A DNA stretch of 13,213 bases from Acidobacteriota bacterium (GCA_036507075.1 DASXQR010000075.1:1-13213), one strand, 5' to 3'; counted from the stretch's first letter, positions 7,055 through 13,213 are shown. Notes: generated by a model not told the origin, from the letters alone. Numbers and translations: made by a program.

Positions 7055-7185
7055 CCCGCGGTTCGATCAAGAAAAGAATTAACCGCCAAGAGCGCGAAGA
7101 GCGCCAAGAAAGCGCAGGGGACTGGGCTACTTTGTGCTCTTGGCGTTCTTTGCGGTTCATTCTTTCTTTTGACCGAACGGGGCTA
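7052..7185. repeat. Family P palindrome with extended arms spanning the whole convergent intergenic region; probable bidirectional terminator or stabiliser
   Basis: Left arm TAGCCCGCGGTTCGATCAAGAAAAGAATTAACCGC versus reverse complement of the right arm TAGCCCCGTTCGGTCAAAAGAAAGAATGAACCGC. Inner CGCCAAG/CTTGGCG units. Confidence 0.8.
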
Positions 7186-8934
7186 ACGCTCCAGCACTCC
7201 CTTCCGAAACATCAGCGTCTCAATTAAGGTGGGCGGGATGGTGCCGTAGCTGAGCAGTTCTGAGTGGAAGTTCTTCAGCTTGTATTTTTTCCCCTGCTTT
7301 TTTTTGTACTCGGCGCGGATGCGTGTGATCACTTCGCGGCCGACCAGGTAGCTCAGCGGCTGGGTGGGGCTGGTGGTGTAGCGCTTGACTTCGCCGATGG
7401 CGCCCGGCTTGTCCAGGCGCACCTCTTCGGTCAGCATGTTGACGGCTTCATTGAACGTCATGGTCCCGGTGTGCAGTTCCACGTCGATCAGCACGCGCGC
7501 GGCGCGCACCAGCGTCCACTGCAGTTGCACCAGGCGCTCTTCGGGCGTGTAGTATCCGTTTTCCGAGAGCAGCTCCTCGGAATAAAGCGCCCAGCCCTCG
7601 GAAAAGATCGAGCTGGAGAGCACTTTCTTGACCGTCGATTCGGCCTGATTGGCGTAGACGAACTGCAGGTGATGGCCCGGATAAGCTTCATGCACCACGG
7701 TGTTGACGATGTCTCCGTGGCTGTGTCCCTTCAATTGCTCGGCCTGTTCTTCGGCCGGTTTGCCGGTGTCAACGGGGGTGACCGTGAAGTACCCGGTCTG
7801 ATCCTTTTCAAACGGCGCCGGGCTGAAATACTGGGCGTAAGGCACCGTGCTGCGCTGGAAGAGCGGCGTTTCGATGATCTGCAGCTTCTCGCCGGCGGGG
7901 ATTTCCACCAGCTCGCGCTTTACCAGGAAGACCCGAGCGCGGGCCGTCTCCTTGCGGTACTCCTCGAGCAGCGAAGGGGCGTCGGGATGGTGCAGCTTGG
8001 CCGCGTCGAGCACCGCTTTCCAGTCCCTGGCCGGATCAATCAGTTTTGCAATGTCGATCAGTTGCTTGCGGGTGCGGTCGAAGAGGATGCGGCCCATCGA
8101 GTTGAGCTGGTCGCTCCCTTCGTCCATCAGGTAATTGTTTTTCAGATAAAACTCGAAGTTCTCCTTGCCCGCGCGGAAGTCGCCATCGGAGCGCCGCAGC
8201 AGGTCATCCTTGAGGAAAGCGAGATAATCGCGATAGGCGTCGGCCGCATTTTTGCTTTCCTGCGCCAGGGACTCCTTCAGCGCGGGGACGTTGGCGGCCA
8301 GTCCGGACACCACGCTTTCGAAAAAGTCGACGCTGCCCTGCGTCGACTCGATCGCAATTTCCGTCCAGATGCGCGGCGGGTTGCTCAGGGTGCGTTTGCC
8401 GGCTCCAAGGACGCGCGGGATCTGCTGCATGCGGGTGATGATCTGCTTGAGGCGCGTTTCCAGGGGCGCGTATTCGCGCGAGGCCATCAGGAAAACTGCC
8501 GTGGTGGCGGCATCGGAATAAAGGCTGGGAGTTTTCTTCCAATATTCGACTTCGTCAATGTCCTTGACGGTGACCCGCAGCGAGCCCTGCAGGACCCGGT
8601 AATCGGCCTGCGCGGAAATCGGCATTGAGGCGATCGGGATGGCTTCCAGTTCGGCCAGGTATTTTTTGGCCATTTCACTCTGCGCGTGAAAACCATCGGC
8701 CGAGAAATCGCCCAACTGCTCGTCATATTTGTGGATCCCCAGCATGGTGGCCAGGACAGGATTGAGGCGGGTGACGTCTTCCAGCCAGCGCGCCACCAGT
8801 TGATCGAATTTCTGCTGCTCGGCGCCGCTGGGCCTTGGCTGGTCGTTTTTATTCTGGGCCGCCAGAAGGAACGCCTGTCCCGCAAGAAGAATCGCGAGAA
8901 GCATTGCTTTTCCGGGTATTCTTGAGATATTCAT
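7183..8934 (-). CDS. DUF885 family protein (putative exported zinc metallopeptidase-like)
   Basis: 583 aa with a signal-peptide-like N-terminus. Motifs P..AT.LG.H.YD..L.D.S, HEAYPGHHLQ, FSEGWALYSE, RAARVLIDVELH, EVKRY...PTQPLSYLVG and FH..LL.YG..P are typical of DUF885. Confidence 0.92.
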   Translation of the reverse strand: MNISRIPGKAMLLAILLAGQAFLLAAQNKNDQPRPSGAEQQKFDQLVARWLEDVTRLNPVLATMLGIHKYDEQLGDFSADGFHAQSEMAKKYLAELEAIPIASMPISAQADYRVLQGSLRVTVKDIDEVEYWKKTPSLYSDAATTAVFLMASREYAPLETRLKQIITRMQQIPRVLGAGKRTLSNPPRIWTEIAIESTQGSVDFFESVVSGLAANVPALKESLAQESKNAADAYRDYLAFLKDDLLRRSDGDFRAGKENFEFYLKNNYLMDEGSDQLNSMGRILFDRTRKQLIDIAKLIDPARDWKAVLDAAKLHHPDAPSLLEEYRKETARARVFLVKRELVEIPAGEKLQIIETPLFQRSTVPYAQYFSPAPFEKDQTGYFTVTPVDTGKPAEEQAEQLKGHSHGDIVNTVVHEAYPGHHLQFVYANQAESTVKKVLSSSIFSEGWALYSEELLSENGYYTPEERLVQLQWTLVRAARVLIDVELHTGTMTFNEAVNMLTEEVRLDKPGAIGEVKRYTTSPTQPLSYLVGREVITRIRAEYKKKQGKKYKLKNFHSELLSYGTIPPTLIETLMFRKGVLER

Positions 8935-8960
8935 TCCGATCTTTTTACCACAAAGATACC

Positions 8961-9287
8961 CCGAATGCGGATTTCGGAATGCGGAACCTACCGAATGCGG
9001 ATTTCGGAATGCGGAACCAACCTAATGCGGATTTCGGAATGCGGAACCTACGGAATGCGGATTTCGGAATGCGGAATGCGGAATGGTTGCAGATCCGGGC
9101 CATAGTGGTCAAATCAGAACTCGCGTTGTCTATTTCACAAGCGAAAGTTCGTTTCTGCTCCCATTCGAAAAACGCCTCCCTATTCCGCATTCCGCTATTC
9201 CGCATTCCGCATTCCGCGATCCGCATTTGAAACATTCCGCATTCCGGGATCCGCATTTGAAACATTCCGCATTCCGAAATCCGCATT
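8961..9287. repeat. Large inverted GCGGAAT/ATTCCGC heptamer arrays organised as 30-bp units around a ~96-bp unique core
   Basis: Left arm has four 30-bp units starting at 8961, 8991, 9021 and 9051, each with the invariant core AATGCGGATTTCGGAATGCGGAA. Right arm has units at 9203, 9233 and 9263. 9265-9287 is the exact reverse complement of the 23-bp core. Confidence 0.95.
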
Positions 9288-10022
9288 TTAGGAGCGTTTC
9301 CAGACCAGTGGAATCCCGCAGACGGTCGAAACCGTCATCAACCCCCCGAACACCATCAGCAACCCATACCCCCACATCCTGCCGGCCCGCGACTGCGAAT
9401 ACTCCATGATGTGAAGCCAGGAATACATTCGACGGTTGATCCGCTGCCGGGGGTTCATTTTCACGATCAAGTTTCCGGTCCGCGGCGAAATTAAGCAAAG
9501 CCATTTGCCCGACGGGCCCTCCAGCAGGGCGCGATAGACGGGCAGTTCGAGGTGAAACGAAGGATAATCAATATCGAAGCGGTCCTGCACTCTCCACTCC
9601 ACCATTTTTGCGCCGCGCCCGGCAGCCTGCATGGCGAGCTCGGAAGCCTCAATTTCCCCGATGCCAAGGAAGGGATCTGCCGAATTGGCGTCGAAGGTTC
9701 CGCCGGCTCCATTGATCCATTGCACATCGTAAAGCTGCCGGTTGCCGCAGACGCGGTACTGCACCGAGCGGATCGATTCGGTCGGGAAGCTGCGCAATTT
9801 GAGCGTGTCCAGGAGATGGGCGATCGAGGTGGTGGCGTCCTGAACGGGAAGTTTTAAGGGATCGGGCGGCATGTTGACCATCAGCCTCTGGACGGGTGGA
9901 GTCTCGCGGGCGGCGCGCCGGAAATTGTTCCAGGAAAAAAAGATGCCGCTTATCAGCCAGGCCAGCATCTGCAGAAAGACGATCGGCGCCAGCCATCGGT
10001 GCAACGTTCTCAAAGTAGGCAT
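9288..10022 (-). CDS. PepSY-associated TM helix domain membrane protein
   Basis: N-terminal LRTLHRWLA + TM helix (W.ISG), a central extracytoplasmic region with LPVYRA..ISPRTG, and C-terminal WLHIMEY + TM helix. Confidence 0.8.
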   Translation of the reverse strand: MPTLRTLHRWLAPIVFLQMLAWLISGIFFSWNNFRRAARETPPVQRLMVNMPPDPLKLPVQDATTSIAHLLDTLKLRSFPTESIRSVQYRVCGNRQLYDVQWINGAGGTFDANSADPFLGIGEIEASELAMQAAGRGAKMVEWRVQDRFDIDYPSFHLELPVYRALLEGPSGKWLCLISPRTGNLIVKMNPRQRINRRMYSWLHIMEYSQSRAGRMWGYGLLMVFGGLMTVSTVCGIPLVWKRS

Positions 10023-10042
10023 AGAAGTGTCCCAAATGATTT

Positions 10043-10105
10043 TTCACCACAAAGGCACAAAGGGCACAAAGATCTCTTCGTGTTCTTTTGTGCCTTTGTG
10101 GTGAA
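10043..10105. repeat. Best-preserved family P palindrome
   Basis: Perfect 19-bp inverted repeat TTCACCACAAAGGCACAAA (10043-10061) / TTTGTGCCTTTGTGGTGAA (10087-10105), 8 nt downstream of the add stop. Confidence 0.9.
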
Positions 10106-10112
10106 CTCGTTT

Positions 10113-11174
10113 TTACATCAACAACCGCCGAATCTCTCCGCGCTCTTCTTCCCCCAAAAACGCATATCCCAGCGTCCTCCGTGTCATCTCCACAAACTGC
10201 TCCGGAAACCACCCCAGAATCTGCGCCGCCAATTCCCACTCCCGCTCCAGTGTCGTCTGCAACAACCCCGGATCATCCGTATTCACCGTAAACGGAATCC
10301 CCGCCCGAACTATTTCAACAATCGGGTGCGTCCTTATTCCGCATTCCGCCTTCCGCACTCCGCCTTCCTTCCCCCACTCTCCCGAAACAGCCCCGGTGCG
10401 CCAATTACTCGTAATGGAAAGATCCAGGGCCAGATTGTTGCGCTTCAAATAGTCAACCAGCATCGGATCCTCCAACGCGCGTATCCCATGCCCGATCCGT
10501 TCTGCCCGCAATTCCTCGATAGCCCCCCACACACTGCGCGCATCACAGATTTCCCCGGCATGCGCCGTCCGATGCAATCCCGACTTTTCCGCCGTCTCGA
10601 ATACATCCCGAAACGCGCGCGCCGGAATGCTCGCCTCATCCCCGCCGATGGAAATTCCAACCACTCCCCGGTTCTGATACCGCGTCGCCCACTCCAGCGT
10701 TTGCCAGCACGGGTCCGGCCCCCACTGCCGCACGCAGTCAAAAATCCAGCGCGCGTGCACGCCGCTTCGCGAAGGGCTGGACGTACGCTCCAGCACCGCT
10801 TCGATGACCTCTTCGACGGGAAGGCCGAAGCGTTTGCAGATAGATGGCGTAAAAAAGATCTCGGCATAAACGCAGCGCTGATCCGCGAGCTGCTGGATCA
10901 ACACGCCGGCCAGGCGGCCGTAATCTTCCGGCCCCTTTAAATGTTCGCAACAGACCTTGTAAGCATTGAGAAATTCCGAAAACGTGCGAAACGCATACAG
11001 CTCTGAAACAAGGTCCTCCCCTTCCTTGCCCAGCGAAGTCCCATAGCGCCGCGACAACTCCCGCAAAAACCCAGGACCCATCGCCCCTTCCAGGTGTACG
11101 TGCAGCTCCAGCTTGGGGATCTGGCGCAGTTCAAACGCTGTCCGTTGTCCGTAGTCGGTTGTCCGTTGCCTCAT
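10113..11174 (-). CDS. add: Adenosine deaminase (adenosine/adenine deaminase family)
   Basis: PKLELHVHLEG, YAEIFFTP, IGGDE, TAHAGE, AERIGHG, TSN and TVNTDDP metal and catalytic motifs are intact. ATG 11174, with alternative TTG 11198. Substrate (adenosine, adenine or aminofutalosine) cannot be determined here. Confidence 0.92.
   Translation of the reverse strand: MRQRTTDYGQRTAFELRQIPKLELHVHLEGAMGPGFLRELSRRYGTSLGKEGEDLVSELYAFRTFSEFLNAYKVCCEHLKGPEDYGRLAGVLIQQLADQRCVYAEIFFTPSICKRFGLPVEEVIEAVLERTSSPSRSGVHARWIFDCVRQWGPDPCWQTLEWATRYQNRGVVGISIGGDEASIPARAFRDVFETAEKSGLHRTAHAGEICDARSVWGAIEELRAERIGHGIRALEDPMLVDYLKRNNLALDLSITSNWRTGAVSGEWGKEGGVRKAECGIRTHPIVEIVRAGIPFTVNTDDPGLLQTTLEREWELAAQILGWFPEQFVEMTRRTLGYAFLGEEERGEIRRLLM
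10336..10384. repeat. Intragenic ATTCCGC heptamer array (4 units) plus CT-rich tail inside add
   Basis: ATTCCGC ATTCCGC CTTCCGC ACTCCGC at 10336-10363, the same unit as 9182-9287. It encodes part of GEWGKEGGVRKAECGI. Confidence 0.85.
11139..11166. repeat. Intragenic TGTCCGT heptamer array (4 units) at the 5' end of add
   Basis: TGTCCGT TGTCCGT AGTCGGT TGTCCGT, the same family as 6186-6356. It encodes QRTTDYGQRT. Confidence 0.85.
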
Positions 11175-11271
11175 CAACTTCGCGCCTTCGCGGTTCAATT
11201 AACTGCGAGGGCAACCGTGCCTGTAGAGGGTGATGCTTCAAATCTACCGGCTGCCGATTAGCCACGCTGCT

Positions 11272-11363
11272 TTCACCGCAGAGACGCCAAGTCCGCCGAG
11301 GTCTCGCAGAGTCTGCATCCAGGCTCTGCGAAAACTCAGCGTGTTCTGCGACTCGGCGGTGAA
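11272..11363. repeat. Family P palindrome, CGCAGAG variant
   Basis: TTCACCGC (11272-11279) / GCGGTGAA (11356-11363) ends, with four ~9-nt units per arm (CGCAGAG, CGCCAAG, CGCCGAG, CGCAGAG versus CTCTGCG, CTCAGCG, TTCTGCG, CTCGGCG). Confidence 0.8.
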
Positions 11364-11434
11364 TGCAACGTTGCCGTCTACACAGACCCGTAATCGTGGC
11401 AATGCACTTGCTGGTTATGCATTATGCCAACTGG

Positions 11435-11550
11435 AACCCGGCAACCCGCAACTCGCCAACCCGCCAACCCGCCAACCCGCCAACCCGCAACTCGCCAACC
11501 CGGCAACCTTCAACTGACAACGGACCACTGACACCACTGACAACTGACTA
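11435..11550. repeat. GCCAACCC octamer array fused to an ACTGAC(A/C) heptamer array
   Basis: About 10 units of (G/C)CAAC(C/T)CG at 11435-11508, then ACTGACA ACGGACC ACTGAC..ACTGACA ACTGACTA at 11513-11550, ending on the GntR stop codon. Confidence 0.9.
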
Positions 11551-12636
11551 ATCGTAAAGCTGGATCTCCCGAATGGTGGCGATCGTCTCATCCGAGATAA
11601 AACTCTGATACGTCTTCAATTCCACGTGCGCGGGCGTGATTTTGCGCATCTGGTCCCAGCAGGCCGGCGTCACGTAAATGGTTTCCGCTTCATTCAGTAT
11701 TTCCTCCAGCAGCGGCTCATTCTTGATGGGGCAGATGAAGAATTTTTTGTCCGTGGATGGATGGAAAATGGTCATGTGCACGTCCCAGGGCGCGTGCATG
11801 GTATTTTCGTCGCGCACGATCAGCGCCACGTTGCGCGTGCGGGCCGCCTCCAGGATTTCCGCCGAGATCAGCGGGTTGGGCCGTATCTCCAGCACCGGCT
11901 TCTGAAACCGCGTCGCCAGCTCCTTGACTTCATCCATATGCCAACTGGTCGTCATCAAGTACTCCGACTTCTGCACCGCCTCCACCAGCTCTGGACTCAA
12001 TGCGGCCCGTCTATCTCCCGCTCTCCCACTCTCCCCCTCTCCCTCTCTCCATCTCTCCTTCTCTCCATCCCTCCTTCTCTCCCTCTCTCCATCTCCCCCT
12101 CCCTCCCTCGCTCCATCTCCCACTCTCCCACTCCCCGGCTCCCCCAGCGCCAGCACATAGACCTCGGCCGGCGCCGCCCTCTCCCGAATCTCGTTTGAAA
12201 AAATATTCGCTTCTTCTTCGTGATCGACCACGGTCACCACGATCCGTCGAAGGTTTTTGCCGGTGCTGAGATTTTCAATCAGCCCTTGCAGCTTCTCGGG
12301 GGAAAGCCCCAGGCCGCGCGCCTTCTCCAGGGTCTCGGAGATCAGCTTGTGTATGGCCTTGCGCCGCATCCGGTCGTAGCTTTGCGGATCGCGCTCGCGC
12401 ACGAAAACGCCGCTGGCCTTGCGCACGTCGACGTAGTTTTCCTGCGACAGCTTCTGGTAAATGCGCTGGGCCGATTTCAGATTGATTCCCGCATGCAGCG
12501 CCATTTCCCGCACCGAAGGAAGCCGGTCGCCAGGCTTGAGTTTTCCCGTGTAAAGCCCCGAAATCACCTGCCCCTTGACCTGCTCATACAAAGAAAGCCC
12601 GCAATCCTTGTCCAGGTTAAACCGTATCTCGGTCAT
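11548..12636 (-). CDS. GntR family transcriptional regulator (YtrA-like wHTH plus long C-terminal effector region) with ~45-aa repeat-derived insertion
   Basis: LYEQVKGQV...GKLKPGDRLPSVREMA...IN...R.Y..L...YV..RKASGVFV winged HTH. About 230-aa alpha/beta C-terminal region. Confidence 0.92.
   Translation of the reverse strand: MTEIRFNLDKDCGLSLYEQVKGQVISGLYTGKLKPGDRLPSVREMALHAGINLKSAQRIYQKLSQENYVDVRKASGVFVRERDPQSYDRMRRKAIHKLISETLEKARGLGLSPEKLQGLIENLSTGKNLRRIVVTVVDHEEEANIFSNEIRERAAPAEVYVLALGEPGSGRVGDGAREGGGDGERERRRDGEKERWREGEGESGRAGDRRAALSPELVEAVQKSEYLMTTSWHMDEVKELATRFQKPVLEIRPNPLISAEILEAARTRNVALIVRDENTMHAPWDVHMTIFHPSTDKKFFICPIKNEPLLEEILNEAETIYVTPACWDQMRKITPAHVELKTYQSFISDETIATIREIQLYD
12010..12145. 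repeat. Intragenic CT-rich octamer array inside gntR
   Basis: Polypyrimidine tract with ~8-nt period. CTCCCTCTCTCCATCTCTCC at 12039-12058 is identical to 4465-4484. Confidence 0.9.
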
Positions 12637-12645
12637 AGAATTAAA

Positions 12646-12675
12646 AGGTTACAAGCTCCCCCTCACTCCTGACAA
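12646..12675 (-). promoter_or_regulatory. Candidate sigma70 promoter of gntR (TTGTCA-N18-TAACCT), near-leaderless
   Basis: -35 is the reverse complement of 12670-12675 and -10 is the reverse complement of 12646-12651. Only 9 nt separate the -10 from the ATG, and there is no SD. Confidence 0.4.
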
Positions 12676-12686
12676 GCCCAAATCCC

Positions 12687-12716
12687 TCCCTGTGTCCCCT
12701 GTGTCTCTGTGGTGAA
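12687..12716. repeat. Family P half copy (CTGTGT variant)
   Basis: CCCTGTGTCCCCTGTGTCTCTGTGGTGAAA ends in the family's GTGGTGAA terminus. Confidence 0.7.
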
Positions 12717-12801
12717 AATCTTTTACCTGCAATATCTTACGACTTCCACCCCCGCCCCCGATGAACTATTCCACCCTGTCCCCCATCTCACACGAAGGGG
12801 G

Positions 12802-12810
12802 TGCTATACT
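12802..12810 (+). promoter_or_regulatory. Candidate extended -10 (TGcTATACT) for the last gene
   Basis: Near-consensus motif upstream of AGGGAG (12822-12827) and TTG 12839. Confidence 0.5.
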
Positions 12811-12838
12811 TTGTACCCATCAGGGAGTGTTTCAAGCT

Positions 12839-13213
12839 TTGAAAAATCTACTTTCTTTGCCACAGAGCAACCGGCGGATCCTTTGTGTCCTTGGTGTCTT
12901 TGTGGTTATTTTTACGTTACAAATCTCTGCCTTCTCCCAAACCGCCGAAGTCAAACAAGGCTCTCATCTCAAGGTGCGTCTCTCTCGCGAGATCTCCACT
13001 AAGACTGCAGAAAAAGGAGAAGATTTCGATTCCGCCCTGACCGAAGATTTCGGATCAGAAGACCGGGTGCTCATTCCCAAGGGAAGCATTCTGAAGGGAA
13101 CCATCGTGCGTGCCATGCGCGCCGGCCGTCTCCGCGGCCGGGCCGAGCTGGCGCTTCATTTTCGAAAGGTGGAACTTCCCACCGGCGAGAGTTTTGACAT
13201 CAGCGCCACGCCG
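12839..13213 (+). CDS. Partial exported protein with VirB10/TrbI-like beta domain (runs off the window; absent from the ORF track)
   Basis: My translation of frame +2 has no stop: MKNLLSLPQSNRRILCVLGVFVVIFTLQISAFSQTAEVKQGSHLKVRLSREISTKTAEKGEDFDSALTEDFGSEDRVLIPKGSILKGTIVRAMRAGRLRGRAELALHFRKVELPTGESFDISATP. It has a signal peptide (A-F-S|Q) and a VRL...IST.TA..G..F / VLIP.GS...G pattern like TrbI-like domains. The start is uncertain (TTG 12839 or GTG 12827). Confidence 0.75.
   Translation, partial: MKNLLSLPQSNRRILCVLGVFVVIFTLQISAFSQTAEVKQGSHLKVRLSREISTKTAEKGEDFDSALTEDFGSEDRVLIPKGSILKGTIVRAMRAGRLRGRAELALHFRKVELPTGESFDISATP

Noticed and set aside
7264..8628. 454-aa + strand ORF (also 4788..5834, 3342..4100, 9999..10940, 1594..2265 and similar)
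   Set aside because: These are antisense shadows of well-supported genes in GC-rich DNA and have no recognisable motifs.
8961..9287. CRISPR array or genuine protein genes (ORFs 8835..9230 +, 8945..9286 -, 9083..9409 +)
   Set aside because: Variable parts are only 7 nt and the core is itself a heptamer repeat. The ORFs are open because the repeat lacks stops, so they are not called as CDS.
12709..13002. 97-aa + strand ORF from the track
   Set aside because: The overlapping frame +2 (from 12839) has a signal peptide, a recognisable domain pattern, and promoter and SD candidates.
12839..13213. Type IV secretion or conjugative element implied by the VirB10/TrbI-like domain
   Set aside because: No other T4SS, relaxase or integrase gene is in view, and stand-alone TrbI-like domains occur in chromosomal exported proteins.
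1..13213. Autonomous IS/transposase, rRNA, tRNA or known riboswitch
   Set aside because: No DDE, HUH or recombinase ORF, and no cloverleaf, rRNA or riboswitch consensus recognised by eye. An Rfam scan would be needed to exclude small RNAs.

Overview
GC-rich bacterial chromosomal window with ordinary genes. It encodes a PPK2 polyphosphate kinase, an arylsulfatase, an RNase II/RNB nuclease abutting a MinD/FlhG-like ATPase, a trypsin-like S1C protease, a DUF885 protein, a PepSY-TM protein, adenosine deaminase, a GntR regulator and a partial exported VirB10/TrbI-like protein. An Acidobacteriota-like origin is only my impression. The unusual signal is the repeats. Almost every intergenic gap holds short interspersed repeats from at least five unrelated families: a palindrome with ~9-nt periodicity (~11 loci), REP-like GC hairpins, GCGGAAT and ACGGAC(A/T) heptamer arrays, and GCCAACCC and CT-rich octamer arrays. 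These nest inside one another. Several families also occur in frame inside intact genes: about 120 aa in the RNB nuclease, about 45 aa in GntR, two patches in adenosine deaminase, and the signal-peptide core of the last gene. Some overlap stop codons. No transposase or other mobilising enzyme is in the window, so the mechanism is inferred.
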